In this document: positions 45,098 through 54,560 of the stretch, one piece after another
Layout of the letters: the number at the start of each line of letters is the position of its first letter
How positions within the stretch are numbered: the first letter of the stretch is position 1
Assembly (NCBI GenBank): GCA_964543385.1
Contig: CAZIYE010000001.1
Span: 29,557-93,556 of the forward strand
Direction of reading: 5' to 3'
DNA: 64,000 nt
Source of the DNA: an uncultured Candidatus Saccharibacteria bacterium
GTDB taxonomy: Bacteria > Patescibacteriota > UBA1384 > XYA2-FULL-43-10 > 1-14-0-10-43-13
Made by a program: the position numbers and the translations under genes
Notes under the pieces: generated by a model
Told to the model about the DNA's origin: nothing
Seen by the model: only the letters and a program-made list of their open reading frames with translations
The model's database searches: none

Positions 45098-45183
45098 GGG
45101 CGAGTGGCGGAATTGGTATACGCGCATGACTCAAAATCTTGTGCCCTAAAGGCTTGTGGGTTCGAGTCCCACCCCGCCCACCA
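45098..45183 (+). tRNA. tRNA-Leu (anticodon CAA), class II with long variable arm, CCA encoded
   Basis: Manual fold: acceptor gggcgag/cccgccc with one A-C mismatch, D-arm gcg/cgc, anticodon loop ctCAAaa (stem has one U-U), variable hairpin gcc-ctaaa-ggc, T-arm gtggg-ttcgagt-cccac, discriminator A, CCA. Confidence 0.7.
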
Positions 45184-45208
45184 TTTATTATAACTGTATC
45201 TAAAAAAT

Positions 45209-45238
45209 AGAGAGCCTTTGGCTCTTTTTATTTTTTTA
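45209..45238 (+). terminator. terminator after tRNA-Leu
   Basis: agagcc-tttg-gctct hairpin followed by a long T-run. Confidence 0.5.
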
Positions 45239-45299
45239 TCAGCTTATTCTCAGAAAATATGTTATATAATGAATATAAATAATCTTTAATTTTACTAAC

Positions 45300-45971
45300 A
45301 TGCGAATATTAATAATAGAAGATGACCACAAGATTGCAAATGCTATAAAAAAAGGGCTAGAACAGGAATCTTTTGCTGTGGATGTTGAATTTGATGGAAA
45401 AAATGGTCTAGGATCTGCTTTGACCATTGAATATGATTTAATATTACTTGATCGTATGCTACCAGAAGTTGACGGTATAAAAATTTGTGAAATTCTAAGA
45501 GATAAACAGAAACATATGCCTATCCTCTTGCTTACTGCTAAAGATAAAATAAGTGATAGGGTGGATGGATTAAACGCTGGAGCTGATGACTACCTAGTTA
45601 AGCCTTTTGCATTCGAAGAATTGCTAGCCAGAGTGCGAGCATTGCTACGCCGACCAAAAAATCAAACCGACGTTATATTAAAAATAGATAATTTAGAGCT
45701 TGATCCAATAAAATTCATAGCGAAAAGGGCAGGCGTGGAGATAAGACTTTCGACAAAAGAGTTTGCTTTACTTGAATATATGATGAGAAATCCAAATCAA
45801 GTACTAAGTAAAGATAATATCATCAACCATGTATGGAACTATGATGCAGATATTTTGCCCAATACAGTGGAGGTATACATGGGATATTTAAGAAACAAAA
45901 TTGATAAGCCGTTTAAAAAAGATAAATCACTAATAAATACCATCCGCGGATTTGGTTATAGAATTGGCTAA
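45300..45971 (+). CDS. OmpR/PhoB-family response regulator
   Basis: REC domain (ILIIEDD...DLILLD with phospho-acceptor Asp, K at LVKPF) plus a winged-helix trans_reg_C (RLSTKEFALLEYMMRN). Confidence 0.9.
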   Translation: MRILIIEDDHKIANAIKKGLEQESFAVDVEFDGKNGLGSALTIEYDLILLDRMLPEVDGIKICEILRDKQKHMPILLLTAKDKISDRVDGLNAGADDYLVKPFAFEELLARVRALLRRPKNQTDVILKIDNLELDPIKFIAKRAGVEIRLSTKEFALLEYMMRNPNQVLSKDNIINHVWNYDADILPNTVEVYMGYLRNKIDKPFKKDKSLINTIRGFGYRIG

Positions 45972-47022
45972 TATGAATGAAATAAGAAATGTCTTCAATA
46001 AACTAAAATCAAAACATATCGATTTTGCAGTAATAAAACTTTCTTTGTTTTACGTTTTGATTATTATGACGATCAGCGTTTCATTTAGCCTCATACTCCA
46101 CAGAATCTCATATCAGGAAATAAATAGGGGATTGGGACGCCAGTTACGAACTTTTTGGGAACAAAACAATATTAACTTTACGGGCCCAATGGCCGATTTA
46201 GAAAGAATTCGTCAAGATCAAACCAATGAAGCGAATAAACGACTAACCTTGAACTTAATATATTTTAATATTCTAATCCTAGTTTTTTCATCAGTAACCA
46301 GTTACTTCTTCGCAAAAAAAACCCTTGAACCTATAGAAAAATCAATGGAGGAACAAAATCGTTTTACTGCCGACGCCTCCCATGAGCTACGCACTCCTCT
46401 AACTGCGATGAAGACCGAGATAGAGGTAGCCCTAAGAGATAAAAGTTTAAACTTGGAACAAGCAAAAACTCTCCTAGACAGCAACCTAGAAGAAGTTGGT
46501 AAATTGGAATCTTTATCGAATGCATTATTGAAATTAGCAAAAGCTGAAAATATCAATCATGAATTTGAAGAAGTAAATTTATGGGCAATAGTTAAAGAAG
46601 CACATAAAAAAATACAACGTTTGTCAGACAAAAAAATGATCTCAATCGAAATATCTCCGGCAGATAAAAATGATAACTTCATAATTGATGGAGAACCACA
46701 AAGTCTTACTGAGCTTTTTGTAATTCTTATAGACAATGCCATCAAATACAGCCCTGAAAATACATCGGTCATCGTATCGTTGGAAAATCAAGGAGAGCAT
46801 ATTGTCGTTAAAATAAAAGATAATGGTATCGGCATAAAAGCAAGTGATTTACCTTATATTTTCAATCGTTTTTACCGTGCCGACAACTCCAGAAATAAGC
46901 AAAAAATTGCTGGTTATGGATTAGGCCTTTCAATAGCAAAACAAATAGTAGATATGCACAACGGTGCAATTTCCGTAAACAGTAAAATTGGCAAAGGTAG
47001 CGAGTTCAAGATCTCACTGTAA
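45952..47022 (+). CDS. sensor histidine kinase (2 TM, HisKA + HATPase_c)
   Basis: H-box ADASHELRTPL, N-box DNAIKYS, G-boxes DNGIGI and GYGLGLSI. The true start may be the ATG at 45976 (MNEIRN). Confidence 0.85.
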   Translation: MVIELANMNEIRNVFNKLKSKHIDFAVIKLSLFYVLIIMTISVSFSLILHRISYQEINRGLGRQLRTFWEQNNINFTGPMADLERIRQDQTNEANKRLTLNLIYFNILILVFSSVTSYFFAKKTLEPIEKSMEEQNRFTADASHELRTPLTAMKTEIEVALRDKSLNLEQAKTLLDSNLEEVGKLESLSNALLKLAKAENINHEFEEVNLWAIVKEAHKKIQRLSDKKMISIEISPADKNDNFIIDGEPQSLTELFVILIDNAIKYSPENTSVIVSLENQGEHIVVKIKDNGIGIKASDLPYIFNRFYRADNSRNKQKIAGYGLGLSIAKQIVDMHNGAISVNSKIGKGSEFKISL

Positions 47023-47087
47023 ACCATAGAAATCTCTATCAAAATTTGATATATAATATAAAGAATCAATTGGGGAGGTAATTGACG

Positions 47088-47225
47088 ATGTCGATTCTGA
47101 GGGGCATCCTTGTCGCTATTGCAGTCATCTGTCTGTTTTTCTGGATCATCGAAAACGCACCGATGCCAGATTCATGGACCGATCCGACATCCGTGTCTGC
47201 CGGACTGGAGGTCTTTCCACCTTAG
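47088..47225 (+). CDS. small single-TM peptide (45 aa)
   Basis: MSILRGILVAIAVICLFFWIIENAPMPDSWTDPTSVSAGLEVFPP with GGGGAGG 8 nt upstream. ~50% GC. Directly downstream of the histidine kinase. Confidence 0.45.
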   Translation: MSILRGILVAIAVICLFFWIIENAPMPDSWTDPTSVSAGLEVFPP

Positions 47226-47233
47226 GAGGTAAC

Positions 47234-47377
47234 ATGGAAGACTCAAAAAAGCCAACCTTTGCGATAATTATCGCAATCGCAACAATTGTTGCCTTACTCC
47301 TATTCCCCGAGACGAGAACTCCGATACTGCAATTACTTATCAAGATTTGCGAGGGTCTGAGCGCGATCAAGGGGTAA
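47234..47377 (+). CDS. small single-TM peptide (47 aa)
   Basis: MEDSKKPTFAIIIAIATIVALLLFPETRTPILQLLIKICEGLSAIKG. TAGGAGG overlaps the stop of the preceding peptide, suggesting coupling. An imperfect hairpin plus T-run lies downstream. Confidence 0.5.
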   Translation: MEDSKKPTFAIIIAIATIVALLLFPETRTPILQLLIKICEGLSAIKG

Positions 47378-47555
47378 TCCTGCCGAGGTCCATATTTTGA
47401 AATGAGGTATACTCAAAATATGGGCCAAGACCAGAGTAGTTAAAACTACAATCTTAACTCTTCTGGTCTTTTTTTATTTCCTAAGCGTATTCTCAGGAGA
47501 CTCCTATATTATCAATATAGGTCGATAAGTTGAGGGTAATAATTAAGGAGAAAAA

Positions 47556-48014
47556 ATGAATAAAAAAGTAATCTTTCCTGCGGTTGCAATCGGAACTTTG
47601 GCTCTGGCTGGGGTTATCTGGTTTGGCAACATGCAGGCACAAGCAGCATCTACAAATAGCGATACATTGATCGATAAAATTGCTCAAAAATTCAATGTAC
47701 CGAAAGATCAAGTCCAAGCAACATTTGACGAAGTTCGAACAGAGCGACAGCAAGTAAGAAAGGCTGAACAAGATGCCAAACTCGAACAAGCAGTCAAAGA
47801 TGGAGTAATCACACAGGAACAAAGAGATAAATTGGTAGCAAAGCGAGACGAAATGCGCGCTAGTAGAAAACAAAATAGGGAAGAAATGGATCAGTGGTTC
47901 AAAGATAATGGAATCGATCACAGCAAACTAATCCCATATATGGGAGGCGGACAAGGTGGTCGTGGCCATGGAAGAAACATAGGATCTATGCACCAAGGTA
48001 ATCTAGAAAGCTAA
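47556..48014 (+). CDS. secreted LTxxQ-motif (CpxP/Spy/ZraP-like) helical protein
   Basis: Signal peptide MNKKVIFPAVAIGTLALAG, helical repeats with ITQEQRDKL (LTxxQ-like) and a Gly/His-rich tail GGGQGGRGHGRNIGSMHQG. Confidence 0.5.
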   Translation: MNKKVIFPAVAIGTLALAGVIWFGNMQAQAASTNSDTLIDKIAQKFNVPKDQVQATFDEVRTERQQVRKAEQDAKLEQAVKDGVITQEQRDKLVAKRDEMRASRKQNREEMDQWFKDNGIDHSKLIPYMGGGQGGRGHGRNIGSMHQGNLES

Positions 48015-48020
48015 ACACAT

Positions 48021-48056
48021 AAAACCCCTCCACCCCCTCGGAGGGGTTTTATTATT
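48021..48056 (+). terminator. rho-independent terminator
   Basis: aaaacccctcc / ggaggggtttt 11-bp perfect stem followed by a T-run. Confidence 0.7.
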
Positions 48057-48117
48057 AAGCTATTTCTCAGAAATAATAGATTATAATAAAAAGATAACCA
48101 TTAAAACAAGGTAAATC

Positions 48118-49476
48118 ATGGGAATAATCAGCCGAGGCATAAAAAATGCTTTCAGAAATGGAATTCGGACCACATCAATTATTTTTATACTAGCGGTGAG
48201 TATCAGCATGGCTCTGATTATGCTGATGGCAATGAAAACTGTTCAGTCTAAAATCACTAGTGTCAAAAGCTCAATAGGTAACAATATTACTATTATGCCG
48301 GCAGGAGTAAGAGGATTTGAGGGCGGAGGAGAGGCTCTAACCGACACGGATGTATCAGCGCTCGCCGCCCTACCTCATATAAATAAAATAGTAAAAACAA
48401 TCTCCGACCGTCTAACTACTGAGGATACGAATTTAGTTTCGGCTATAGAGCCAGGCTCGTTTGGTCAGCGTCAACAAAATAGACAAAACAGGCAATACCA
48501 AGGTGGGGGAAATATAGAGCAAAGAGCACCTCAAAACTTTGCAATGCCAATAATGGTAACTGGTACAAATGATTTGTCTTCCACAGCCAGCTTAAACGCC
48601 AGTAAATTTGACGTAATTTCCGGCACAAGGATGGATGCAAATTCCAATGAAAATATAGCAATGGTTGGCACAGAATTAGCCACAAAAAATAATCTGTCCA
48701 TTGATACGATATTTAAAGCTTATGGACAAGATGTGAAATTAATTGGCATATTCGATGCTGGAAATAAATTTGCCAACTCTACGGTAGTTATGCCGGTAGC
48801 AACATTACAGAAATTATCGGCCCAGACAGATCAAATAACTTCTATTATAATTCAAGCTGACTCAATAGACTCTGTCACAACTCTACAAAATGATATTAAG
48901 GCCAAACTTGGAGATAAGGCTGATGTAACTTCACAGCAAGATAGCTCAAACGATGCAGTAAAACCACTTGAAAATATCAAAACAGTTTCTCTGTATAGTT
49001 TAATTGGTTCTCTTATCGCTGGATCAATAATAATTCTCCTAACTATGATAATGATTGTCAGAGAACGAAGGAGAGAAATAGGGGTCCTTAAAGCGATAGG
49101 ATCATCTAATATTGGCATCATGGCCATGTTTACAGTAGAATCTCTTGTTTTGACTTTGACAAGCAGTATCGCAGGCATTGTCTTTGGTCTGATTTTCAGT
49201 AACCCAGTATTGAAAGTCTTAGTGAACAACTCCGCAACAGCAACTTCAGTAGCTCCAGAGCATATCGGAGGTGGGACAGGAAGAATAATGATGCGTATGG
49301 GCGGTGATGCTGTTAATAGCGCCCAAAATACATTAAAAGAACTAAATAATGTTGTTGGATGGGACATTATCCTTTATGGCTTGTTAGCTGCGGTTATTAT
49401 CGCAATTATCGGCAGTTCAATACCTGCTTTCTTTATTTCAAAAATTAGACCAGCCGAGGTCATGAGAGCAGAATAA
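48118..49476 (+). CDS. ABC transporter permease, MacB/FtsX-type
   Basis: N-terminal TM, ~270-aa extracytoplasmic domain, C-terminal FtsX-like 3 TM (RREIGVLKAIGSS motif). Confidence 0.8.
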   Translation: MGIISRGIKNAFRNGIRTTSIIFILAVSISMALIMLMAMKTVQSKITSVKSSIGNNITIMPAGVRGFEGGGEALTDTDVSALAALPHINKIVKTISDRLTTEDTNLVSAIEPGSFGQRQQNRQNRQYQGGGNIEQRAPQNFAMPIMVTGTNDLSSTASLNASKFDVISGTRMDANSNENIAMVGTELATKNNLSIDTIFKAYGQDVKLIGIFDAGNKFANSTVVMPVATLQKLSAQTDQITSIIIQADSIDSVTTLQNDIKAKLGDKADVTSQQDSSNDAVKPLENIKTVSLYSLIGSLIAGSIIILLTMIMIVRERRREIGVLKAIGSSNIGIMAMFTVESLVLTLTSSIAGIVFGLIFSNPVLKVLVNNSATATSVAPEHIGGGTGRIMMRMGGDAVNSAQNTLKELNNVVGWDIILYGLLAAVIIAIIGSSIPAFFISKIRPAEVMRAE

Positions 49477-49495
49477 TTAATATTAGGGATATCAA

Positions 49496-50164
49496 ATGCT
49501 AAAAATAACAAATTTAATAAAAGAATTTCAATCCGGTGATAGCAAGGTAAGAGCGATAGATAATATTAGCCTCGAAATACCGACCGGCGTTTTTTCAACA
49601 ATCGTTGGTAAAAGTGGTAGTGGTAAAAGCACACTTCTTTCCCTTCTGGGAGCACTAGACAAACCATCGTCAGGCACTATTGATGTCGATGGAGAGGATA
49701 TCTCTAAAATGGGTGATTCCAAACTAATCAAATATCGCAGAGACAAGATAGGTTTTGTCTTTCAGGGGTATAATCTGATTCCAAACCTATCTGCCCTGGA
49801 GAATGTGATGATCCCTTTGGAATTTACTGGAATACCAGCACATGATCAAAAAGATAAAGCCGCCAAACTTCTTGTTCAAGTAGGCCTTGATGAAAATAAG
49901 CAAAAAAGGAAGCCAGGCCGACTATCAGGAGGAGAACAACAAAGAGTTGCAATCGCCAGAGCTTTGGCCAACAGACCAAAATTAATTTTAGCCGATGAAC
50001 CCACGGGCAATTTAGACAGCGCAACAGGAAAAGTTATTATTAAACTCTTGAAAGATCTGGCGAAATCGGAAAACACAACTATAGTTGCCGTGACTCATGA
50101 TGATGGTATTGCAGCAGAAGCCGAACTAACCTTCAGACTTAAAGACGGCAAACTTGTAAAATAG
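49496..50164 (+). CDS. ABC transporter ATP-binding protein
   Basis: GKSGSGKSTLL, LSGGEQQRVAIARAL, ILADEPTGNLD. Confidence 0.9.
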   Translation: MLKITNLIKEFQSGDSKVRAIDNISLEIPTGVFSTIVGKSGSGKSTLLSLLGALDKPSSGTIDVDGEDISKMGDSKLIKYRRDKIGFVFQGYNLIPNLSALENVMIPLEFTGIPAHDQKDKAAKLLVQVGLDENKQKRKPGRLSGGEQQRVAIARALANRPKLILADEPTGNLDSATGKVIIKLLKDLAKSENTTIVAVTHDDGIAAEAELTFRLKDGKLVK

Positions 50165-50177
50165 GATCGATGGACGA

Positions 50178-50543
50178 TTACTCTTTCTCCATCGCCTCAG
50201 CTTTTGTGGCATGGATAGTACCATCTGGATGTTCGGCTGGAGAATAAATAGAATAAAGCTTCAAAGGTGTACCACCAGTATTGACAATATTATGTTCAGT
50301 TCCTGCAGTGATTACAACTGCCCAATCATCCTCTATTTCATATTCTTCGTCGTCCAAAATAGCTTTGCCCTCTCCATCTTCTATTCTTATAAATTGATCA
50401 ACTGTATGCTTTTCCATCCCAATATCTTCACCTGGCTGCAAGCTCATCACAACAAGCTGGCTATTTGGCCCAGTAAATAAAACCTTGCGGAAATTTTCAT
50501 TTTCCTCTGTCATTTCTTCGATGTTTCCAACAAATCCCTTCAT
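50178..50543 (-). CDS. cupin-domain protein
   Basis: 121 aa with a two-motif cupin barrel (G.DIGMEKHTVDQFIRIEDG...AGTEHNIVN). Confidence 0.65.
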   Translation of the reverse strand: MKGFVGNIEEMTEENENFRKVLFTGPNSQLVVMSLQPGEDIGMEKHTVDQFIRIEDGEGKAILDDEEYEIEDDWAVVITAGTEHNIVNTGGTPLKLYSIYSPAEHPDGTIHATKAEAMEKE

Positions 50544-50674
50544 AAGAACTCCTTTTTTAAATAATAACTCTCAATTTAACTGATAGTAATCCGAAAATCA
50601 CTAGAATATAAGATAATTGATATGGAAAAATATTTAGCAAGAGCTATAATAAAGAAATATAAAAAAGGAGCCCA

Positions 50675-50899
50675 ATGGTCGAAGAAAAAAAGACAGAGTG
50701 TTGCGATCCAAAAAAATGGCATCGTTCTCGCAGTACCAACGAAAATTGGGGGGCAGTTTATTTTCTCGGTATAATTGGTGTAGCAGTGTATTATGTTCAA
50801 CAAGTTAGCGGATTCTGGCCTGTCGTTCTAGCAATTTTAAAAGCCATCGTCTGGCCAGCTTTTTTACTTCATAAAGTATTCTCGATGCTAAATATGTAA
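50675..50899 (+). CDS. small membrane protein (74 aa), N-terminal CC motif
   Basis: AAGGAG Shine-Dalgarno. Two predicted TM helices. ECCDPKKWH at the N-terminus. Confidence 0.5.
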   Translation: MVEEKKTECCDPKKWHRSRSTNENWGAVYFLGIIGVAVYYVQQVSGFWPVVLAILKAIVWPAFLLHKVFSMLNM

Positions 50900-50971
50900 T
50901 ATAAATATTGAAAAATATTAGAAAATCATATTTGAAACAGTTGAAAGAATTACAAGATACAAAGGAACAGA

Positions 50972-51592
50972 ATGTCTAAAAAAGATTATAAAAAAGAGTT
51001 AAAGGAATTTTACAATCCTTCCACCAAAGAGGTTTCGGAAGTGGTTGTGCCAAAAATGAATTATATTATGATTGATGGCAAGGGTGACCCCAATACAGCC
51101 AAGGAATATGCTGACTCTATCCAAACACTCTATCCAGTAGCATACACAATCAAATTTGCGATCAAAAAGGCAACTGGCTTTGACTTTGGTGTTATGCCAC
51201 TCGAAGGACTGTGGTGGTCGGACGATATGAATGATTTTGTTCTTGGCAAAAAGGATAATTGGCATTGGACCTCAATGATTATGCAGCCAGACATCGTCAC
51301 CAAAGAGATATTTGATAAAGCAGTGGCCGAAGTCAAAGAGAAAAAGAATCCTGCTTTAATTGATAAAATTTGCTTCGAATCATACGAGGAGGGGAGATCA
51401 GCCCAGATCATGCACGTTGGCCCGTTTGCCGATGAAGGACCAAATATCAAGAGAATTCATGAATATATCACTGCAGTCGGTGGTAAATTTGACGGCAAAG
51501 GTCAACAAAAACACCATGAAATCTATCTCTCGGACTTCCGCAAAACTGCACCAGAGAAGTTAAAAACAGTCATTCGCCAATCGTTCAAATAA
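50972..51592 (+). CDS. GyrI-like small-molecule-binding domain protein
   Basis: 206 aa. MNYIMIDGKGDPNT...LEGLWW...HHEIYLSDFRKTAPEKLKTVIRQ matches this Firmicutes-type family as recalled. Confidence 0.55.
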   Translation: MSKKDYKKELKEFYNPSTKEVSEVVVPKMNYIMIDGKGDPNTAKEYADSIQTLYPVAYTIKFAIKKATGFDFGVMPLEGLWWSDDMNDFVLGKKDNWHWTSMIMQPDIVTKEIFDKAVAEVKEKKNPALIDKICFESYEEGRSAQIMHVGPFADEGPNIKRIHEYITAVGGKFDGKGQQKHHEIYLSDFRKTAPEKLKTVIRQSFK

Positions 51593-51625
51593 CTACTCAA
51601 TAAAAAAATCAATCTTTTGCATCCA

Positions 51626-51654
51626 TTGACAAAATAACAAATATAGAGTATGAT
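51626..51654 (+). promoter_or_regulatory. sigma70-like promoter (TTGACA-17-TATGAT) with ~320-nt leader before MFS gene
   Basis: ttgaca at 51626-51631, tatgat at 51649-51654. Confidence 0.4.
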
Positions 51655-51974
51655 TAATGTATCGTTCAGTAAGAACTCTCTGTATCCAGTATCTTTATCG
51701 ATCTCTATACCTAGCCGTTACATCGGACATTTTGTCTGATATACACGGAAAAGTACTCTCTTTGCGAATAAGCTGATCTTTGAGCCCATTCAGGGCAAGT
51801 TTTCAATCCTACATAATTTCTAGCAATATAATTTGCTATTTGTAAGCACTTCGAGACTACAATCAAAGTTAGCTATTTGTTAAGAACTATTCGAATAATC
51901 AAGTCCCAATCAAACTTGAGATGATACCTATTCTTATATACTCCCGGATTTATTAATTAATTCCTTATTTTTTT

Positions 51975-53168
51975 ATGGCAGAAAAACAGTCTAAATATAA
52001 GAAAAATCTATTTTTTCTCACATTACACTTCGTTTTTGCAAAACGGATTACCGGTCCGATTATGATGCTATTGTATCAGGCGTTTGGCCTGAACTATAGC
52101 CAAATCGGCACCCTTGCAGCAATCACAACCCTTTCAGACGCTTCGCTAGAAATATACGGCGGAGCTTTTTCTGATGTTTATGGCCGTAAAAAGTGTTCTT
52201 TATTGTATGCACTTCTCGCGATGGGCAACATGGCAATTTTTGCTTTTGGTCATTCATTCCTCCATTTCGCGATAGGAAATGCAGTCTATGGCGCCGCTAT
52301 CGCGATCGGATCAGGCAATGCAAGTGCGTTGCTCTTTGACACGCTCCAAGTACTTAAAATGGAAAACAAATATAAGAAGTATCGAGGACGGATGCAAGCA
52401 GCTGCAAAACTTCTGAACGGACTAATTATTCTTTGTCTACCATTTCTTTATATGAAAAATATTAGATTCCCGTTCTATTTAGGATTTGGCCTATACTTAA
52501 TCGCATTCATCACTGCATTGTTTCTAAAGGAAACGCCCAGACCAAAGGCTGATAAAAGAGTAGGAATCGTCAGTACAGCGGTCAACTCATTCAAAGAAAT
52601 ATTTTCGAATAAAAAGATTATGTTTATTATCGCTTTCCAATCGGTCTGGACTGGTTTTGCTTTGCTCTTCTTTGAATATTTTCAGCCAATCATCAAGATA
52701 GCTGGCATGCCATTGATATATTTCGGCATTATCTACACTTTCGCAAGAATATTTGAGGGATTGGGCAGTGCTATTATTCACAAATTCGAGCATCACTCAA
52801 ACCGGAAATTATTATTAGCAAATGTTCTAATGTTGATCACGGCCCTCGCAGGATTTGCATTTAGCCATAGCTACTTACTCCTTGCTTTTATTATGATCGG
52901 CTGTATGGCTGATGGTATTGCCGATGTCATTCAAAGTGAGATTATGAACAATAATATCAGTTCAGCAAATCGCACGACAATAATCTCCGCAGCCAATGTA
53001 TTCAACGGCTTTTTTACCTCGTTAGCACTTTTTTCGTTTGGCATCGCCAGCGATAGAATAGGAGTTCAGAAAATGTTTGGATGGGCAGCCATAATTTTTG
53101 TATTTTTGATAATTATTCTTTTTATTGTTATGAAAGCTAAAACTAACTTCAAGAGCTTGAATTCATAA
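51975..53168 (+). CDS. MFS transporter
   Basis: 397 aa with ~12 TM and the MFS loop motif GAFSDVYGRKK. Confidence 0.8.
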   Translation: MAEKQSKYKKNLFFLTLHFVFAKRITGPIMMLLYQAFGLNYSQIGTLAAITTLSDASLEIYGGAFSDVYGRKKCSLLYALLAMGNMAIFAFGHSFLHFAIGNAVYGAAIAIGSGNASALLFDTLQVLKMENKYKKYRGRMQAAAKLLNGLIILCLPFLYMKNIRFPFYLGFGLYLIAFITALFLKETPRPKADKRVGIVSTAVNSFKEIFSNKKIMFIIAFQSVWTGFALLFFEYFQPIIKIAGMPLIYFGIIYTFARIFEGLGSAIIHKFEHHSNRKLLLANVLMLITALAGFAFSHSYLLLAFIMIGCMADGIADVIQSEIMNNNISSANRTTIISAANVFNGFFTSLALFSFGIASDRIGVQKMFGWAAIIFVFLIIILFIVMKAKTNFKSLNS

Positions 53169-53210
53169 AGCTATTAAACTAAACTTCTATTATTAAAGTC
53201 GGACACATCA

Positions 53211-53861
53211 ATGCAAAAAATCAGTAAAATTTATCAGAAATACAAAATAATGCCCCAGCTTCAGGAGCACCAGTTTCGTGTTGCTGCTTTAGCCAAATCT
53301 ATTTGTGATCAGCTCGAAAATCTCATTGACACAGATACAGTGATAAAAGCTTGTCTTATTCATGATATGGGCAATATATTAAAATTTGACCTAAATATAT
53401 TTCCTGAATTTTTAAAACCAGAAGGCTTGGAGTACTGGGAAACAGTGAAACAAGAGACTGCCAAAAAATATAAAACAAATGATGAGCATATTGCCACCAA
53501 AATGATCGCCAAAGAGCTAAATGTCTCATCTGAAGTTATGCAGTGTCTGGATGCTATTGGATTTTCAAAGATCAGGAATAATCTCTCAACTACAAGTTTT
53601 GAGGAAAAAATTTGTTGTTATGCCGACCAACGATTAGCCCCTTTTGGTGTAGTCTCGATAGAGGAAAGAATGGCAGAAGGAAAGAAAAGATATGCAAACA
53701 GCACTAGAGTTATGTTAAATCCATTAAATTTTGATATTTTATTTGAGGATTTAAAACAACTTGAAAAACAAATTTTTGTACAGACTAGAATATTGCCGAC
53801 TAATGTTACAGACACGTCAATTCAAACAGCTATCACAAAGTTAAGGGATTATTCAATCTAA
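53211..53861 (+). CDS. HD-domain phosphohydrolase
   Basis: H...HD motif (CLIHDMGN) and a downstream D ligand. 216 aa. Confidence 0.75.
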   Translation: MQKISKIYQKYKIMPQLQEHQFRVAALAKSICDQLENLIDTDTVIKACLIHDMGNILKFDLNIFPEFLKPEGLEYWETVKQETAKKYKTNDEHIATKMIAKELNVSSEVMQCLDAIGFSKIRNNLSTTSFEEKICCYADQRLAPFGVVSIEERMAEGKKRYANSTRVMLNPLNFDILFEDLKQLEKQIFVQTRILPTNVTDTSIQTAITKLRDYSI

Positions 53862-53878
53862 ATAAATATATTTGAACT

Positions 53879-54493
53879 ATGAAAGAAATAATTTTTGGAA
53901 CTACAAATTCTGCCAAGATCGCCCATGTTCAGGCGGCTCTTGATCCACTTGGAGTAAAAGTCAGAGGCATTGGAGAATTCGGCCAGTTCCCGGATTTAGA
54001 GGAAGATGGCAAAACTCCGCAAGAAAATTCCCGCAAGAAAGCAATTTATTATTCTTCGCAAATTGGGAAGCCGGTATTATCCATGGACATTGCACTTTAT
54101 TTTGATGGAATAAGCGATGACGAACAACCAGGACTTAATGTACGTAGAATTACAGGATTTACAGGCAGACCAACAGATGAGGAACTTATTCAATATTATT
54201 CGAAATTAATAGAAAAGCATGGCGGAGAAGTGACCGGCCATTGGGAATTTGCCATGTGCATCGCGTCACCCAATGGGAAGATAAAAGAAGCAACTGCTTT
54301 TTCTAGAGACAGATATTTCACAAGCAAAATATCTTCGAAGAGAATATCTGGATACCCCCTGACATCCATCCAATTTGATAAGAAATCCAATCAATACATC
54401 TCCGAAATGACAAACAAATCACCTGATGATTTCTGGCAAGAATCCATTGGAAAAGAACTGAGAGAATTATTCGATTCAGTCACGAATATTTAG
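53879..54493 (+). CDS. divergent Ham1/RdgB-like (ITPase-fold) protein
   Basis: IIFGTTNSAKIAHVQAAL resembles VLATGNxGKVREL. EEDGKTPQENS resembles AEETGxTFxENA. GYPLTSIQF...SEMT resembles GYDPIFF...AELT. Key catalytic residues are substituted (GK to AK). Confidence 0.45.
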   Translation: MKEIIFGTTNSAKIAHVQAALDPLGVKVRGIGEFGQFPDLEEDGKTPQENSRKKAIYYSSQIGKPVLSMDIALYFDGISDDEQPGLNVRRITGFTGRPTDEELIQYYSKLIEKHGGEVTGHWEFAMCIASPNGKIKEATAFSRDRYFTSKISSKRISGYPLTSIQFDKKSNQYISEMTNKSPDDFWQESIGKELRELFDSVTNI

Positions 54494-54560
54494 ATAATTA
54501 CCTTGAATTGCCAACAAATTGACGATAAAATTTTAGTAATAAATAATTTTTAGGAGGCTT

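Noticed and set aside
45098-45183. Alternative reading of the class II tRNA as tRNA-Sec (UCA) or tRNA-Ser
   Set aside because: Shifting the anticodon loop to expose UCA destroys the anticodon-stem pairing (at most 2-3 bp). No Ser anticodon is present. CAA with a 4/5-bp stem, A73 discriminator and long variable hairpin fits Leu.
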